A DNA stretch of 64,000 nt from an uncultured Candidatus Saccharibacteria bacterium (GCA_964463635.1 CAYXCB010000001.1:7526-71525), one strand, 5' to 3'; counted from the first letter of the stretch, positions 18,412 through 29,152 are shown. A program made the numbers and translations. The notes: generated by a model not told the origin, from the letters alone.

Positions 18412-19227
18412 TTAGACCGAATTGCCCAGTTGCTTATATAAGGCGTACCAGCTTTCTAGTGATAATTCCTGAGGACGCGAGCCAGGTTTGAGGCCAGCTC
18501 GAGTAATAGCGGCTGAAACGTCCATTTTACTCTGTTGCAGCCCGCCGCTCAAGGAGTTCAACAGCGTCTTTCGCCGGTTGCTGAATCCTGCTTTAACCAG
18601 TCTAAAAAACTGTTTGGTGTCAACATCCGTAAATAATGGACTAGTCCGATGCTTTAGGATGATCACCTGAGAATCGACTTTGGGCGGGGGAGAGAAGAGT
18701 CGTCTAGGCACTTCTCTGCCTAGAATAGTTTCAAAGTAGTACTGGGCGCTAACGGATAACAATGACATCTTGCCAGGGACTGCAGCTACGCGTTCGGCGA
18801 CTTCCTTTTGGACAAGCAATACAGCGATCACGGGCGGATTAACAGATTCGCTGAACGTACGGATCAGTTTGCTAGTCAAATAATACGGTATGTTCGCGAC
18901 GACTTTGTAGCCGGCCGGCAGGTCGCCAAGGTCAAAGTCCAGTATACTTCCCTTCACAAATTGCAAATTATTCGCAATCTTCTGAGAGATTAGATTATCG
19001 ATCAAGCCTTCGTCTAATTCCACCGCCACGACCTGCCCTGCCCGATCCGCCAGAACTCGGGTCAATGTTCCAGTACCCGGCCCAACCTCAAGCACCGTGT
19101 CTTCCCTGCTAATCTCGGCCGCATCGGCAATATCATTCAGGGCTTCGCTATCATGCAGCCAATGCTGCCCCAACGACTTCCGGCCTTTCTGCAGCCCATC
19201 AATAGCTGATTCATGAATATCAGCCAC
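18412..19227 (-). CDS. rsmA: 16S rRNA (adenine1518/1519-N6)-dimethyltransferase RsmA/KsgA
   Basis: LGQHWL N-terminus and SAM motif LEVGPGTGTLT. Confidence 0.85.
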   Translation of the reverse strand: MADIHESAIDGLQKGRKSLGQHWLHDSEALNDIADAAEISREDTVLEVGPGTGTLTRVLADRAGQVVAVELDEGLIDNLISQKIANNLQFVKGSILDFDLGDLPAGYKVVANIPYYLTSKLIRTFSESVNPPVIAVLLVQKEVAERVAAVPGKMSLLSVSAQYYFETILGREVPRRLFSPPPKVDSQVIILKHRTSPLFTDVDTKQFFRLVKAGFSNRRKTLLNSLSGGLQQSKMDVSAAITRAGLKPGSRPQELSLESWYALYKQLGNSV

Positions 19228-20012
19228 TAGATTCCAGCCGCATAGGTCACTATGTTTTCAAAAAGAATTTCCGCAGCATATCTAGCAGCCTCGGTTCGAT
19301 CCCGCTGAGGATGAAAAGCCTCGATGGATCGCTCGGGGTGTGGCATCATACCTAGAACTACACCACGTGGATCGCATATACCGGCTATGTCGAGCATTGC
19401 CCCATTGGGATTATCAGGGAAATTACCATCTGGAAGTGTCGCATGCCTAGTACTGTACTGAAATACCACCTGGCCATTCTTTTCTAAATCCAAAATTTCC
19501 ATCTCGGGTCCAAAGAACCTGCCTTCACCGTGCGCAATCTGCATAGGTATAGGTAGCTCGCTGAATTCTTCCGGCTGAGCAAAGCGACAGGCCGATTCAC
19601 CGACTGCTAGTTCAATCCAGCGACACTCAAAGCGCCCAATTTCGTTTTCGGCCAGCGTGACTTGTTGTTCGCCAATCGTTCCATAAGGTAATAGGCCAGT
19701 GCGAACAAGCACCTGGAATCCGTTGCAGACACCCAAGATAGGCTTTTCTTGATCTACAAATTCTTGCAGCTGATCTGAAAGGTAAGATGTAAGCTCATTA
19801 GCCAACACTTTACCGGAAGCAATGTCGTCACCATAAGAAAAACCCCCAGGAATTGCCAAAATACCGTAATCCGCGAGTCGACGCTCGCCACTTCTTAGCT
19901 GATTAATGTGGACAGTTTCTGGAAGGCCACCAGCCACCTCAAAGGCATGGCTCATTTCCATGTCACAATTGATACCGTCGGTCTTGAGTATACAAACTTC
20001 GGGACTAATCAT
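19227..20012 (-). CDS. purQ: phosphoribosylformylglycinamidine synthase glutaminase subunit PurQ
   Basis: Class-I glutamine amidotransferase with catalytic GVCNGFQVL. Confidence 0.85.
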   Translation of the reverse strand: MISPEVCILKTDGINCDMEMSHAFEVAGGLPETVHINQLRSGERRLADYGILAIPGGFSYGDDIASGKVLANELTSYLSDQLQEFVDQEKPILGVCNGFQVLVRTGLLPYGTIGEQQVTLAENEIGRFECRWIELAVGESACRFAQPEEFSELPIPMQIAHGEGRFFGPEMEILDLEKNGQVVFQYSTRHATLPDGNFPDNPNGAMLDIAGICDPRGVVLGMMPHPERSIEAFHPQRDRTEAARYAAEILFENIVTYAAGI

Positions 20013-22849
20013 GAATGAAATATTCCTTTCATAGGTGCCTGCCAGGCAGATTTCAGATCGTCAAGTTCAGTTTTGCACAGTTTATTCCAGGCACCTTTGC
20101 GAATTTCAAAACTAGTAGTACTGCTGGTACTGCCAATCTGTCGGTAAGGTACTCCCTCGAAAGCCAGATAGGCATCATTATGTCCATTGACTTCGACCAC
20201 AAAACATCCGGCAGTTTCATTAAACAGGAAAGTCTCCGAATCGGCGTGCTCAGGAATATGTATTGTTGCCCCGCTGTCACTGCCAAAGCACATTTCGGCT
20301 ACAGTTGTAGCAATTCCGCCTTCACTTACGTCGTGACAAGCTAGAATATCGCCTTTTTGAATCGCTTTGTAGATACGCCTTAATACCTCTGGCAGCACAA
20401 GCGTATTAATTTCTGGTACCTCACCACTTTGACCACCTGCTATATCGTAATACGTGCTGCCGCCCATATTGTCACTAGTACCGCCTACTAAATACAACAG
20501 TGTATCACCAGGCTTCTTGAGCTCTGTTGTCATTGTTTTTTCAACGTCCGGGATTCGGCCAAAAATTGACATAGTGTAAACCGGTGGGATTTTAATAATC
20601 TCGCCGTCTTTGCCGCGATAGGTGGAAGATAGGCTGTCTTTACCGGAAATGACGGGCAACTTCAGGAGGTGCATCATATCGACTGCAGCATCAACTGAAC
20701 GATCAAGCGATCCCATCGCCTCTTCATCGGGAAATGGCCAAATATAGTTACCGACAGCGGCAGCTTCATCAATATTGCCACCGGCAGAAACATAGTTTGC
20801 AGCCGCTTCTGCGATTGCCCAGACGGTGCCTTCGTAAGGATCTAATCGGTTCAAGATCGGGTTCATACCATGTGATTGCACCACGCCATAAGGCTTGCCT
20901 AGCATTGGCCGTATTACCAGAGCATCGTTGGGTCCTTCCTGATTAACGCCACCAAACGGGGAAACAACATTGCCGCCCTGCACTCCGTGATCATACTGGC
21001 GGACAATTGGCTCTTTGGAACACACATTTCCATGTGCTAGTACGGCCTTAAGCCGTTCTATCCATTCTCCCTCGCTCGTTGGCGCTTCAGGACGAACTTC
21101 CGAGATTTCCTCATGATCCCAGTGGGCGTACATGATTCTTTGCGGAAGTCCGCCGTCTAAAAACTCATAGTCCAGTTCAGCTACGTTTTGCTCGCCAAAA
21201 TTAACAGTTAGCGTATGACTGCCATCAAATTCTCCAAGTACGGTAGCTTCCACATTATATTTGCTGCAAACTATCATAAATTCTTCAATATTGTCTGGAG
21301 AGATCGCCGCAACCATGCGCTCTTGTGATTCGCTTAGCCAGATTTCCCAGGGTGCCAGGCCAGGATATTTTAGCGGCGCCTTGCTGATGTCTACTGTGAC
21401 GCCTATACTCTCACCAATTTCGCCTATGGCAGATGAAAAGCCAGCAGCACCACAGTCCGTCATAGCCCGAATGAAACCATGATCACGAGCCTCAAGCAAT
21501 GCATCAAACATGCGTTTTTCCTCGATCGCGTTGCCAATTTGGACCGCGCTGGAGTTCACGCTTGCTGTACGGTCGGTCATCTCACCTGACGAGAATGTTG
21601 CGCCGTGAATACCATCGCGTCCAGTGCGACCGCCAATAATCACAACTAAATCACCGACTAGGGGTTCGCCCTTTTGTGCCAGGACTTCCGGCATAATTCC
21701 GTAAGCGCCCACCTCGACAGTAGGCTTTGCCCGAAAATCCTCGTGATAATGCACTGAGCCATTCGGTGTGGGGATGCCCATACGATTACTATAATCGCGT
21801 ACGCCTTGGACTACGCGGCGCTGCAAGTAATCAGGATGCAAGGTTCCAAGCGGTAATAGTGATTCATCTAAGTCGGGCGGTGCGAAACAAAACATATCTG
21901 TCGAAATAATCGTTTTAGCACCTTGGCCAGTACCCATAACATCCCGGAAGACACCACCACTACCCGTCATAGCACCACCGTAAGGTTCAATGGCTGAAGG
22001 ACTATTATGGGTCTCGACCTTGCCACAGATGGCTTGGCCATCGTAAAAACGTATTACGCCGGAATTATCACCGAATGCTGAAATAACTAGGTCTTTAAAA
22101 TGTACTTTGGCGGCATTTTTAATGCGGTCAAATAAGGGTTCTTTTTCTACGCCATCAACCACAACTCTTGCATTGAAAGTTTTATGTCCACAATGTTCAC
22201 TCCATCTAGCAGCAATTATTTCCAGCTCGGCGTCAGTCGGATCACGGTCAAGTTTTCGGAAGTGCTTTTGGACTACGCTCATTTCTTCGCCGTTTAGAAA
22301 CAATTTATCTTTGGATAATTCCGTTAACTCCTTTTCGGAAGCTTCACGAATCGGCACAATATTGACTGGTCCGACCGACCCTTCAAAGATAAGAGAGCTG
22401 GGTTTCATGGTAATAATTTGTTCAACTGTCTCGTTAACTAATAACCGCCCGACTGCCGTATCAACTTGATCTGTTTCTACTTCGCCAAAAAACGCATATT
22501 CCCGGGATGCATCAACCGCAACGGGGTTTATCTCTAAATCTTGCGCAGCTTTCATAATAGACGCAGAAGCTGGGTTCATAACACCCGGCTTGTATGCAAC
22601 TTCAACTACGTGAGGCGTATCAAAACCGACGAGCTGATTTAAACTGTGTTGTTCGTTTACCGGATCCGTCAACAAGCTTTCGGCAAGCGTCTGGGCCTCT
22701 TCTTCGCTTATGCCCTCTATCCGATAAATTTTGGCTGTTTTTACTTCCTCGATATTATCCAAGCCTAGTGTGCGTTCGGCTTCTTGCCTAACATCTTGCC
22801 CTAAAGGATCCGCATCTCTTGGAATTACCCTTATTTCATGAATCGTCAC
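20009..22849 (-). CDS. purL: phosphoribosylformylglycinamidine synthase PurL with two N-terminal PurS-like domains fused
   Basis: 946 aa; PurM-like FGAM synthetase core; N-terminal ~160 aa contain two segments ending in PurS-like LLTDPVNE and LLVNETVEQI motifs. Confidence 0.8.
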   Translation of the reverse strand: MTIHEIRVIPRDADPLGQDVRQEAERTLGLDNIEEVKTAKIYRIEGISEEEAQTLAESLLTDPVNEQHSLNQLVGFDTPHVVEVAYKPGVMNPASASIMKAAQDLEINPVAVDASREYAFFGEVETDQVDTAVGRLLVNETVEQIITMKPSSLIFEGSVGPVNIVPIREASEKELTELSKDKLFLNGEEMSVVQKHFRKLDRDPTDAELEIIAARWSEHCGHKTFNARVVVDGVEKEPLFDRIKNAAKVHFKDLVISAFGDNSGVIRFYDGQAICGKVETHNSPSAIEPYGGAMTGSGGVFRDVMGTGQGAKTIISTDMFCFAPPDLDESLLPLGTLHPDYLQRRVVQGVRDYSNRMGIPTPNGSVHYHEDFRAKPTVEVGAYGIMPEVLAQKGEPLVGDLVVIIGGRTGRDGIHGATFSSGEMTDRTASVNSSAVQIGNAIEEKRMFDALLEARDHGFIRAMTDCGAAGFSSAIGEIGESIGVTVDISKAPLKYPGLAPWEIWLSESQERMVAAISPDNIEEFMIVCSKYNVEATVLGEFDGSHTLTVNFGEQNVAELDYEFLDGGLPQRIMYAHWDHEEISEVRPEAPTSEGEWIERLKAVLAHGNVCSKEPIVRQYDHGVQGGNVVSPFGGVNQEGPNDALVIRPMLGKPYGVVQSHGMNPILNRLDPYEGTVWAIAEAAANYVSAGGNIDEAAAVGNYIWPFPDEEAMGSLDRSVDAAVDMMHLLKLPVISGKDSLSSTYRGKDGEIIKIPPVYTMSIFGRIPDVEKTMTTELKKPGDTLLYLVGGTSDNMGGSTYYDIAGGQSGEVPEINTLVLPEVLRRIYKAIQKGDILACHDVSEGGIATTVAEMCFGSDSGATIHIPEHADSETFLFNETAGCFVVEVNGHNDAYLAFEGVPYRQIGSTSSTTSFEIRKGAWNKLCKTELDDLKSAWQAPMKGIFHS

Positions 22850-23525
22850 GATAAGCCTCTTGTTCTTTTAAAAACCTGTCTAGAACATAGGGCAGTGCGA
22901 TTTTCTCGACTATTTGAATGCGGTCAAATAGGTCTTGCGGTGTATCATCTGGAAAAACTTCAACAGGGTGCTCAGCTATCTTAGGCCCCCTGTCTACACC
23001 GGATGCCACTACATGCACGGTGTGCCTGGAAATGGCAAGCCCTAGTTCCAATACTCGCTCCGAGGTATGTAGGCCGTAGGTATCTTCGGTTTCTGGCAGT
23101 GGCCCAGGGTGTGTGTTGCTCATTCTAGCTAAATAGATAGAGCTAAAATGCGGCAGCCAGCCATACTCTTCAATAAGCTCGCCACGAACCATTTTCATAT
23201 AACCCATGAGGGCAACATGGGCAAATCCTTGGTTCGCAACCCTCTCACAAATTGCTGCTGACTCAGCAAGCGTCTGGCCACGTCCTATGTTACCGTCAGG
23301 ATGCGTACGACCACTAATTTCTGCTGTTTCAATATCTAGTTCATACTGCTTATTTAATCTTTGGACCCTGCCATATATACCGGCTCTTTCAGGAGGATTG
23401 TTGCATATCACCAACCCTACCTCTGCGCTTATTCGCCCGTCCTGAGTCGCATGAATGAATGCTTCAGCTGTTGAGCCGCTTCCTGAAGCTAAAATAGCAA
23501 TGCTAGGGGTGTGCTTCTTTATCAT
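22836..23525 (-). CDS. purN: phosphoribosylglycinamide formyltransferase PurN
   Basis: N-terminal AILASGSGS and formyltransferase core; adjacent to purL/purQ. Confidence 0.7.
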   Translation of the reverse strand: MIKKHTPSIAILASGSGSTAEAFIHATQDGRISAEVGLVICNNPPERAGIYGRVQRLNKQYELDIETAEISGRTHPDGNIGRGQTLAESAAICERVANQGFAHVALMGYMKMVRGELIEEYGWLPHFSSIYLARMSNTHPGPLPETEDTYGLHTSERVLELGLAISRHTVHVVASGVDRGPKIAEHPVEVFPDDTPQDLFDRIQIVEKIALPYVLDRFLKEQEAYRDDS

Positions 23526-23587
23526 ATTCCAAGATTATAGACATCTGTAAGCTAATCCCCAAGCACAAGCAAAATGGCTTAAGGGAA

Positions 23588-23635
23588 AAGAGCAGCCGGA
23601 GACCCCGATTCATTCGGGGCGCGGCTTTGGCGGGG
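23588..23635. repeat. partial copy (E3) of structured intergenic element: hairpin CCCCG-ATTCATT-CGGGG plus AGAGCAGCC motif
   Basis: Shares loop GATTCATTCG and flanking GAGCAGCCGGA with elements at 29216..29300 and 30684..30775; stem sequence different but complementary. Confidence 0.5.
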
Positions 23636-23663
23636 AAAACCGTAGATTTGTCTCAGTTACTAT

Positions 23664-24902
23664 CTAATACCAGTGGTTGACGTTCCAGAAGGCTTGGGCT
23701 TTGCAGGGGCTACCGTAGCGGTTAACCATATAGCCTATTCCCCAGCGGATCTGGACAGCTGGGTCTGATTCCCAACCGGGGCCCATTTTGCTGCCAGGCA
23801 AAGCCTGCGGGATGCCATAAGCGCCTGACGAACGGTTTCGGGCTAGGTGGTTCCATTTGGATTCGCGGTCAAAAATAGAATAAATACAGCTGAATTCTTT
23901 GGTCCAGCCCATGTCGGAGGCAATCTGTTTACCTAGCTCTACATTGGCTGATGGATTGCTATAAATCACCTTAGTGCCTTTTATAACGATTCTTTTAACA
24001 GGTTCGGCGGCAATAACTTCTTGGATTACCCGTCGGCTGGCTTCAACACCGTTGCGCAGTTCTAGTTCATAAGTTACGATTTTGCGGCCGTCGCTGCCAG
24101 CCTGCTGGACGCGCTGGGTCCCAGCTGGCAGCGCGGGGTCTTCCCGGGTTTCAACCGGTGCCGGGATTTTCTGGTCGTCAGTGGCAATCTGGGTACCAAC
24201 TCGAGTAACAAACACTTGGGTGTTTGGTGTCAGCACCGTGCTGGGCTCAGGCTGCAATGTGTCGCCTTCGTTCAGTTTGACATTCTTTTCAGCCAGTAAT
24301 TCGCCGACCGTTTCGGCATGGGTACGAACTTCAATAGGGGTGCCGTACAAGTTAAGGTTAGCTAGGGTCGCCCGGTCAATAACCACTTTTTCTGCCACTA
24401 TGCCATCGCGCAGCAGGTCTCGAGCGTCCATGCTCGTGGCGCCAGCGGTTTTCAGCCGGTCTTCTGGAAAGACTTGAACGCCTGCGGCCTCAACAATCGC
24501 TTCAGGCGTCGGCTGAGCTGTATATGTCACTGTTTTCTTGCTGCCGTCTTCTACTAGAACTGGCCGGGCGCGGTAAATAATTACCTGGAAATTGTCGGCT
24601 TCAATCGTCGTATCCAGCGCGGGATTAACGATGTCTTTTTCTCCTAAGCTAATATTGAGCCGCTGAAGCAAGTCGGCTACATTTTGAGCCCGAGTCGGGA
24701 CAATCTGCTGCTCACCATCAATACTGACTGAGACAACCATGGTATCGCTGGCGCCAATCGTCTGGCCATTAAAGCTAACGTAGCCAACCATGGACACAAA
24801 AAACAGTACCAGGAAAGTTAACACCGGTACGACAAACGGGTGGTTATGAAGCCTATGGAAACGACTTTTCCGGGTTTTGCCGGAAGGTTGTTTTTGACGC
24901 AT
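23664..24902 (-). CDS. G5/DUF348-domain cell-wall-associated protein with C-terminal transglycosylase-like domain (YabE/Rpf-like)
   Basis: N-terminal TM anchor, DUF348-like repeats, G5-like segment, C-terminal WNHLARNRSSGAYGIPQALPGSKM block resembling a lytic transglycosylase-like domain. Confidence 0.55.
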   Translation of the reverse strand: MRQKQPSGKTRKSRFHRLHNHPFVVPVLTFLVLFFVSMVGYVSFNGQTIGASDTMVVSVSIDGEQQIVPTRAQNVADLLQRLNISLGEKDIVNPALDTTIEADNFQVIIYRARPVLVEDGSKKTVTYTAQPTPEAIVEAAGVQVFPEDRLKTAGATSMDARDLLRDGIVAEKVVIDRATLANLNLYGTPIEVRTHAETVGELLAEKNVKLNEGDTLQPEPSTVLTPNTQVFVTRVGTQIATDDQKIPAPVETREDPALPAGTQRVQQAGSDGRKIVTYELELRNGVEASRRVIQEVIAAEPVKRIVIKGTKVIYSNPSANVELGKQIASDMGWTKEFSCIYSIFDRESKWNHLARNRSSGAYGIPQALPGSKMGPGWESDPAVQIRWGIGYMVNRYGSPCKAQAFWNVNHWY

Positions 24903-24982
24903 AATTCAAAATGGCTAATCCGGAGACCCTCTTAGTATTCATCGGTACTTCCCGTGATAGCCAACATATATTCTACCAATAA

Positions 24983-25504
24983 TCAGGTCTTGAACCAAAC
25001 TGCTATGATACTGCGAACATTAGGGCTGACAGCCTTATTGGTAAGTAAATCTTGCCACTTGAACCATTTAAGATCAGCCAGCTCGTACTTTTGGCGCAGA
25101 ACAGTAGGCTTACTCAGCAGCTCGAGAGCAAAAGCCGTGTAGCTAAAGGTGAGCCCGGCCTCTGGAATCGAGCGCTGCTCATGAATAAGTTTCAGTTGCT
25201 CGGGTTTAATTTTCATGCCAGTTTCTTCGTAAAGTTCGCGCAGCGCGCCTTGAATAGCCGTTTCGCGCCGGTGCCTGCCCCCGCCAGGCAGTTCCCAGCG
25301 GCCTAAGCCCAGCCAGCCTTTGCTAACTAGCACTTCCCCGCCGCAAATAATCAAAATCCTGGTCCGCTGGCTTCTGTAAAGGTAAACAAACAACGCCGGA
25401 TAGCTCAACCAGAATGCTAACCTGCCTAAGAGTGACCAAAGCCGTTTCATCCCATTAGACTCCAAAAGACCTTTTTTAATCTGATTATCGACTGAAGCAA
25501 GCAT
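24983..25504 (-). CDS. Nudix hydrolase with N-terminal membrane anchor
   Basis: Nudix box GGGRHRRETAIQGALRELYEETGM; hydrophobic N-terminal segment. Confidence 0.6.
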   Translation of the reverse strand: MLASVDNQIKKGLLESNGMKRLWSLLGRLAFWLSYPALFVYLYRSQRTRILIICGGEVLVSKGWLGLGRWELPGGGRHRRETAIQGALRELYEETGMKIKPEQLKLIHEQRSIPEAGLTFSYTAFALELLSKPTVLRQKYELADLKWFKWQDLLTNKAVSPNVRSIIAVWFKT

Positions 25505-25556
25505 GGGCGTTCAGTCGTGAACCAATCGCTGGAAGTTAAGTGGAGTCTAACGGGAT

Positions 25557-27707
25557 TCATTCTACTTTCTCCAGCGGCGCAAAGGCGGCGTTAAGCTTCT
25601 TAGTGCCTTTGCCTTTGAAATAAATTGTGACGTTTTCGCCCTCTATTTCTAGGATAGTCCCGACCCCGAACAGTTTATGACGGACTTGGTCGCCTTCTTC
25701 GATTTCCGGCATGTAATGGACTTCCTGGCTGGTTTCGTCGCGGCTAAACTCCGGCTTAGGCCACATGCTGCCGAAGCCTTGGTTGTCAGTCTGGACCTGG
25801 CCGTCAATTTCACTTAAAAACCTTGACGGCGGATTGTGCTGGACGCCGCCATAAAGCATTCGGGAACTGGCATGAATCATGTAGAGTTCGGATTTAGCCC
25901 TGGTCATACCGACGTAACAAAGTCGGCGCTCCTCTTCCATCTGGTTTTGGTCATAGAGCGCCCGTGAATGAGGGAAAATAGTTTCTTCTAGGCCCGTCAT
26001 AAAGACGACTGGAAATTCCAAGCCTTTAGCGGCATGCAGTGTCATCAGTGTCACGGCATTGCCGTTCATATCAGCCTGGTCGATGTCGCTGATTAGCGCC
26101 ACTTCCTCTAAAAAGCCAGCTAGTCCCAGTTCTTGGTATTCCTGCGCTACGCTTATCAGTTCCTTGACGTTTTCTTGCCTTGACTCGCCTTGCAGGCCGC
26201 CGTCATCCAGATAATTCAAGTAATCCAACCGGCGGATCAGCGAATCAATTAGGCCGGTCAAGGCCGCGTCTTGCAGCACGTTTCGCATAGCTGCCAGCAA
26301 TTCTCCTAGTTCAAATAAGCCTTTTTTGGCTTTGGGCGTCAGGCCTGGATGTTCGTTCACTGATCCTAGGGCTTGCTCAAGGTTTAGGTTGTTGTTTCGC
26401 TGCCAAGTATAAAAAGCCTCCATGGATCTAGGTCCGATGCCTCTAGTCGGCACATTGACGATCCGCTCGAAGCTGACACGGTCTTGTGGCTGATAAATTA
26501 GCCTGAGATAGGCCATGATGTCCTTGATTTCCTTGCGGTCATAAAAGCGCACACCGCCGACAACCCGATACGGGATACCGTAGCGGATAAAGCCTTCTTC
26601 GATTGCCCGGCTCTGGGCATTAGTCCGATACAACACCGCGAAATCAGAAAAATTACGGAACTTTATGTCTACAGCATTGCGAATCCGACGAATAATCGCC
26701 TCGGATTCACTCCGTTCGCTATTAACCGGCAGAATCTGGATCGGCTGGCCGCCGGTGTCCTCAGTCCAGAGTTTTTTGTCGGAACGCTGTTCGTTCTTGG
26801 TAATGACGGCATGGGCAGCGTCTAAAATCGCCTTGGTGCTGCGGTAGTTTTGTTCGAGTTTGATGATGGTGGTTTTGGGATAGTCGCGTTCGAAGTTCAA
26901 AATATTCCTAAAATCAGCACCTCTCCAACTGTAAATTGATTGCCAGTCGTCGCCAACTACTGCAACATTATATTTACTACTTGTCAATAGTTTGATCAGT
27001 TTATATTGGGCGGCATTGGTGTCCTGATACTCGTCTATCATAATATAGCCAAACTGCTTAACCCATTTTTTACGAATCTCAGGCTGCGTCTCAAATAGCT
27101 GCACCGTTCGGCCAATCAAATCGTCAAAGTCGAGCCCGCCAGCTTCTTTCAGCAGCCGCTCATAGATAGGGAAAACTTGAGCGGCCGCGTTATGAACCGG
27201 CCCGCTGCCCATACCGACGTAATCAGCCGGTGTTACTAGTTCATTTTTTGCGCTGCTAATCAGCGAAGCGATCGAGCGCGGCGGAAAGCTCTTTTCGTCC
27301 AGGCTTAATTGCTTGCTAGCTTGTTTGACGGCCGTGAGTCGGTCGCTTTCGTCAAATATAACGAAGTTAGGCGGAATACCGACATATTCTCCGTCCTGCC
27401 GCAGCAGCCGGACGCAGATCGAGTGGAACGTACCCATAAACGGCATAAAACTGCGGTTGTCAGCTTTCTCGCCTAACAACTTGGCCACGCGTTCGCGCAT
27501 CTCGCGGGCGGCTTTGTTGGTAAAGGTTACGGCGAGAATGTTGTATGGCGTAGCCCGTTTGGTGGCTATCAAGTAAGCGATTCGGTGAGTTAAGGTTTTG
27601 GTCTTGCCAGAACCGGCGCCGGCTAGAATCAACAGCGGTCCTTCGGTAGTTTCTACCGCTCGGCGTTGCTCATCATTTAACCCAGTCAAAAGCTCTGAAG
27701 ACATCAA
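25557..27707 (-). CDS. pcrA: ATP-dependent DNA helicase PcrA/UvrD
   Basis: Walker A AGAGSGKT, UvrD-family motifs, 716 aa. Confidence 0.85.
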   Translation of the reverse strand: MMSSELLTGLNDEQRRAVETTEGPLLILAGAGSGKTKTLTHRIAYLIATKRATPYNILAVTFTNKAAREMRERVAKLLGEKADNRSFMPFMGTFHSICVRLLRQDGEYVGIPPNFVIFDESDRLTAVKQASKQLSLDEKSFPPRSIASLISSAKNELVTPADYVGMGSGPVHNAAAQVFPIYERLLKEAGGLDFDDLIGRTVQLFETQPEIRKKWVKQFGYIMIDEYQDTNAAQYKLIKLLTSSKYNVAVVGDDWQSIYSWRGADFRNILNFERDYPKTTIIKLEQNYRSTKAILDAAHAVITKNEQRSDKKLWTEDTGGQPIQILPVNSERSESEAIIRRIRNAVDIKFRNFSDFAVLYRTNAQSRAIEEGFIRYGIPYRVVGGVRFYDRKEIKDIMAYLRLIYQPQDRVSFERIVNVPTRGIGPRSMEAFYTWQRNNNLNLEQALGSVNEHPGLTPKAKKGLFELGELLAAMRNVLQDAALTGLIDSLIRRLDYLNYLDDGGLQGESRQENVKELISVAQEYQELGLAGFLEEVALISDIDQADMNGNAVTLMTLHAAKGLEFPVVFMTGLEETIFPHSRALYDQNQMEEERRLCYVGMTRAKSELYMIHASSRMLYGGVQHNPPSRFLSEIDGQVQTDNQGFGSMWPKPEFSRDETSQEVHYMPEIEEGDQVRHKLFGVGTILEIEGENVTIYFKGKGTKKLNAAFAPLEKVE

Positions 27708-27729
27708 GCTATTTTAGCACCTTGAGGTG

Positions 27730-28356
27730 TCAAAGTAGGTCGTCTAGCAAACCGGCGTCGTAAGCAAATGCCGCGGCACCCACAGCGGCTGCTAGCAAAA
27801 TGAGAACTATAATCAGGGCGGTTCGGTGATGACGTTTGTGACTAGCAACACCAAGCGGCACGTAATATTTGCGCTCAGCAACTAATTGGTCAACCTTAGC
27901 GCGCATGGCTTCGATTTCTTTTTGGTCGTCATCGGTTTTTTTCTTGTCCTTGGCGGCATCGGCTACAGCTTCAACGGCAGCGCCCGAGTCGCCATCAAGC
28001 GGCACCGAGTCATCATCTGGCTTGGGTTCGCTGGGAGTTGCTGACACTGGTTCTGTAACCTCAAGTTCAGGCTTTTCAGCCGGTTTCGGTTCTTCTGCCC
28101 TGGCAACTTCAATTGGGACTGAATCAGCACCATCCTTAACTTCTACTTTTGTGCTGGTTGGTTCATTGATAACTTTTTCATGAGCTACGGTAGATAGTTT
28201 AACTTCTTCAGGTTTAGCTTCTTTTTGAACCATCGGATCCTGCATCATGGGGCCATGGGTAACAATAATCGGCCGCGATGTCGCGCTTGGCGCTGATTTG
28301 CCGGGCTGGGTCACGTCGTCCATCGGTTTCTTGCTGTTTTTTTCCGACTCAGCCAT
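27730..28356 (-). CDS. hypothetical acidic low-complexity protein with C-terminal TM anchor
   Basis: Pro/Glu/Lys-rich repeats and C-terminal hydrophobic segment LIIVLILLAAAVGAAAFA. Confidence 0.4.
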   Translation of the reverse strand: MAESEKNSKKPMDDVTQPGKSAPSATSRPIIVTHGPMMQDPMVQKEAKPEEVKLSTVAHEKVINEPTSTKVEVKDGADSVPIEVARAEEPKPAEKPELEVTEPVSATPSEPKPDDDSVPLDGDSGAAVEAVADAAKDKKKTDDDQKEIEAMRAKVDQLVAERKYYVPLGVASHKRHHRTALIIVLILLAAAVGAAAFAYDAGLLDDLL

Positions 28357-29152
28357 TGTCTTTACCTATTTCTGATAAATAACGGTCGGCGCTGGCTACC
28401 ATTCCAGAAAATTCGTGATAATTCAAGCTAGCGCCGCCGACGAGCAGGCCGTCGACGCCATCAATTTCCAGTAATCCTCTGGTTGAGGAAGCATTGGCAC
28501 TGCCGCCATACAAAATCCGCAGGGCCGCGCCGGCTTTTTTACCATATAAATGAGTGACGTTGTTGCGGATGGCGGCTACGGCTTTAGCGATCTCGGTAGC
28601 TTTGGGTGCTTCGTGATGCAGGTAGTCACTACCACTGCTCAGAGCCCAAACCGGTTCATAAGCTATAACGATATGCTGGATTTCTTTTGACGTGACATTA
28701 GATAGGGCTGATGTAACTTGGTCGTGCAGCACCTGCATGGTTTCGCCCTGAAGTTTTTCGTGTTTGGTCTCGCCGACACAGAGAATCGGGCTGATTTCGT
28801 TACGAATGGCGGCCGCTACTTTGTCCCGAACGGTGTCTAAATCTTCACCAAATTTATAGCGGCGATCAGAGTGACCAACTATAACGTAGTGGACTAGATC
28901 GCGCAGCATGGTAAAGCTGACCTCGCCGGTGTACGGCCCGTCGTCTTTATGATATGCGTTTTGAGCCGCTAGTCGGAACTTGCGCCGGTCTAGCTGGACG
29001 CTCAATGGCTGTAAAACCAGCATGCTTGGGGCTAGGACTACTTCTATGTCGCGGTGGATTTTGATACGCTCATGCAAACGGTGCAGCAAGATACTAGACT
29101 GAGAAGTATTCAGGTGCATTTTCCAATTGCCGACGATTAATGTTCTGCGCAT
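28349..29152 (-). CDS. tpiA: triosephosphate isomerase
   Basis: IVGNWKMH N-terminal motif, catalytic AYEPVWA, GGS(A)N. Confidence 0.9.
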   Translation of the reverse strand: MRRTLIVGNWKMHLNTSQSSILLHRLHERIKIHRDIEVVLAPSMLVLQPLSVQLDRRKFRLAAQNAYHKDDGPYTGEVSFTMLRDLVHYVIVGHSDRRYKFGEDLDTVRDKVAAAIRNEISPILCVGETKHEKLQGETMQVLHDQVTSALSNVTSKEIQHIVIAYEPVWALSSGSDYLHHEAPKATEIAKAVAAIRNNVTHLYGKKAGAALRILYGGSANASSTRGLLEIDGVDGLLVGGASLNYHEFSGMVASADRYLSEIGKDNG

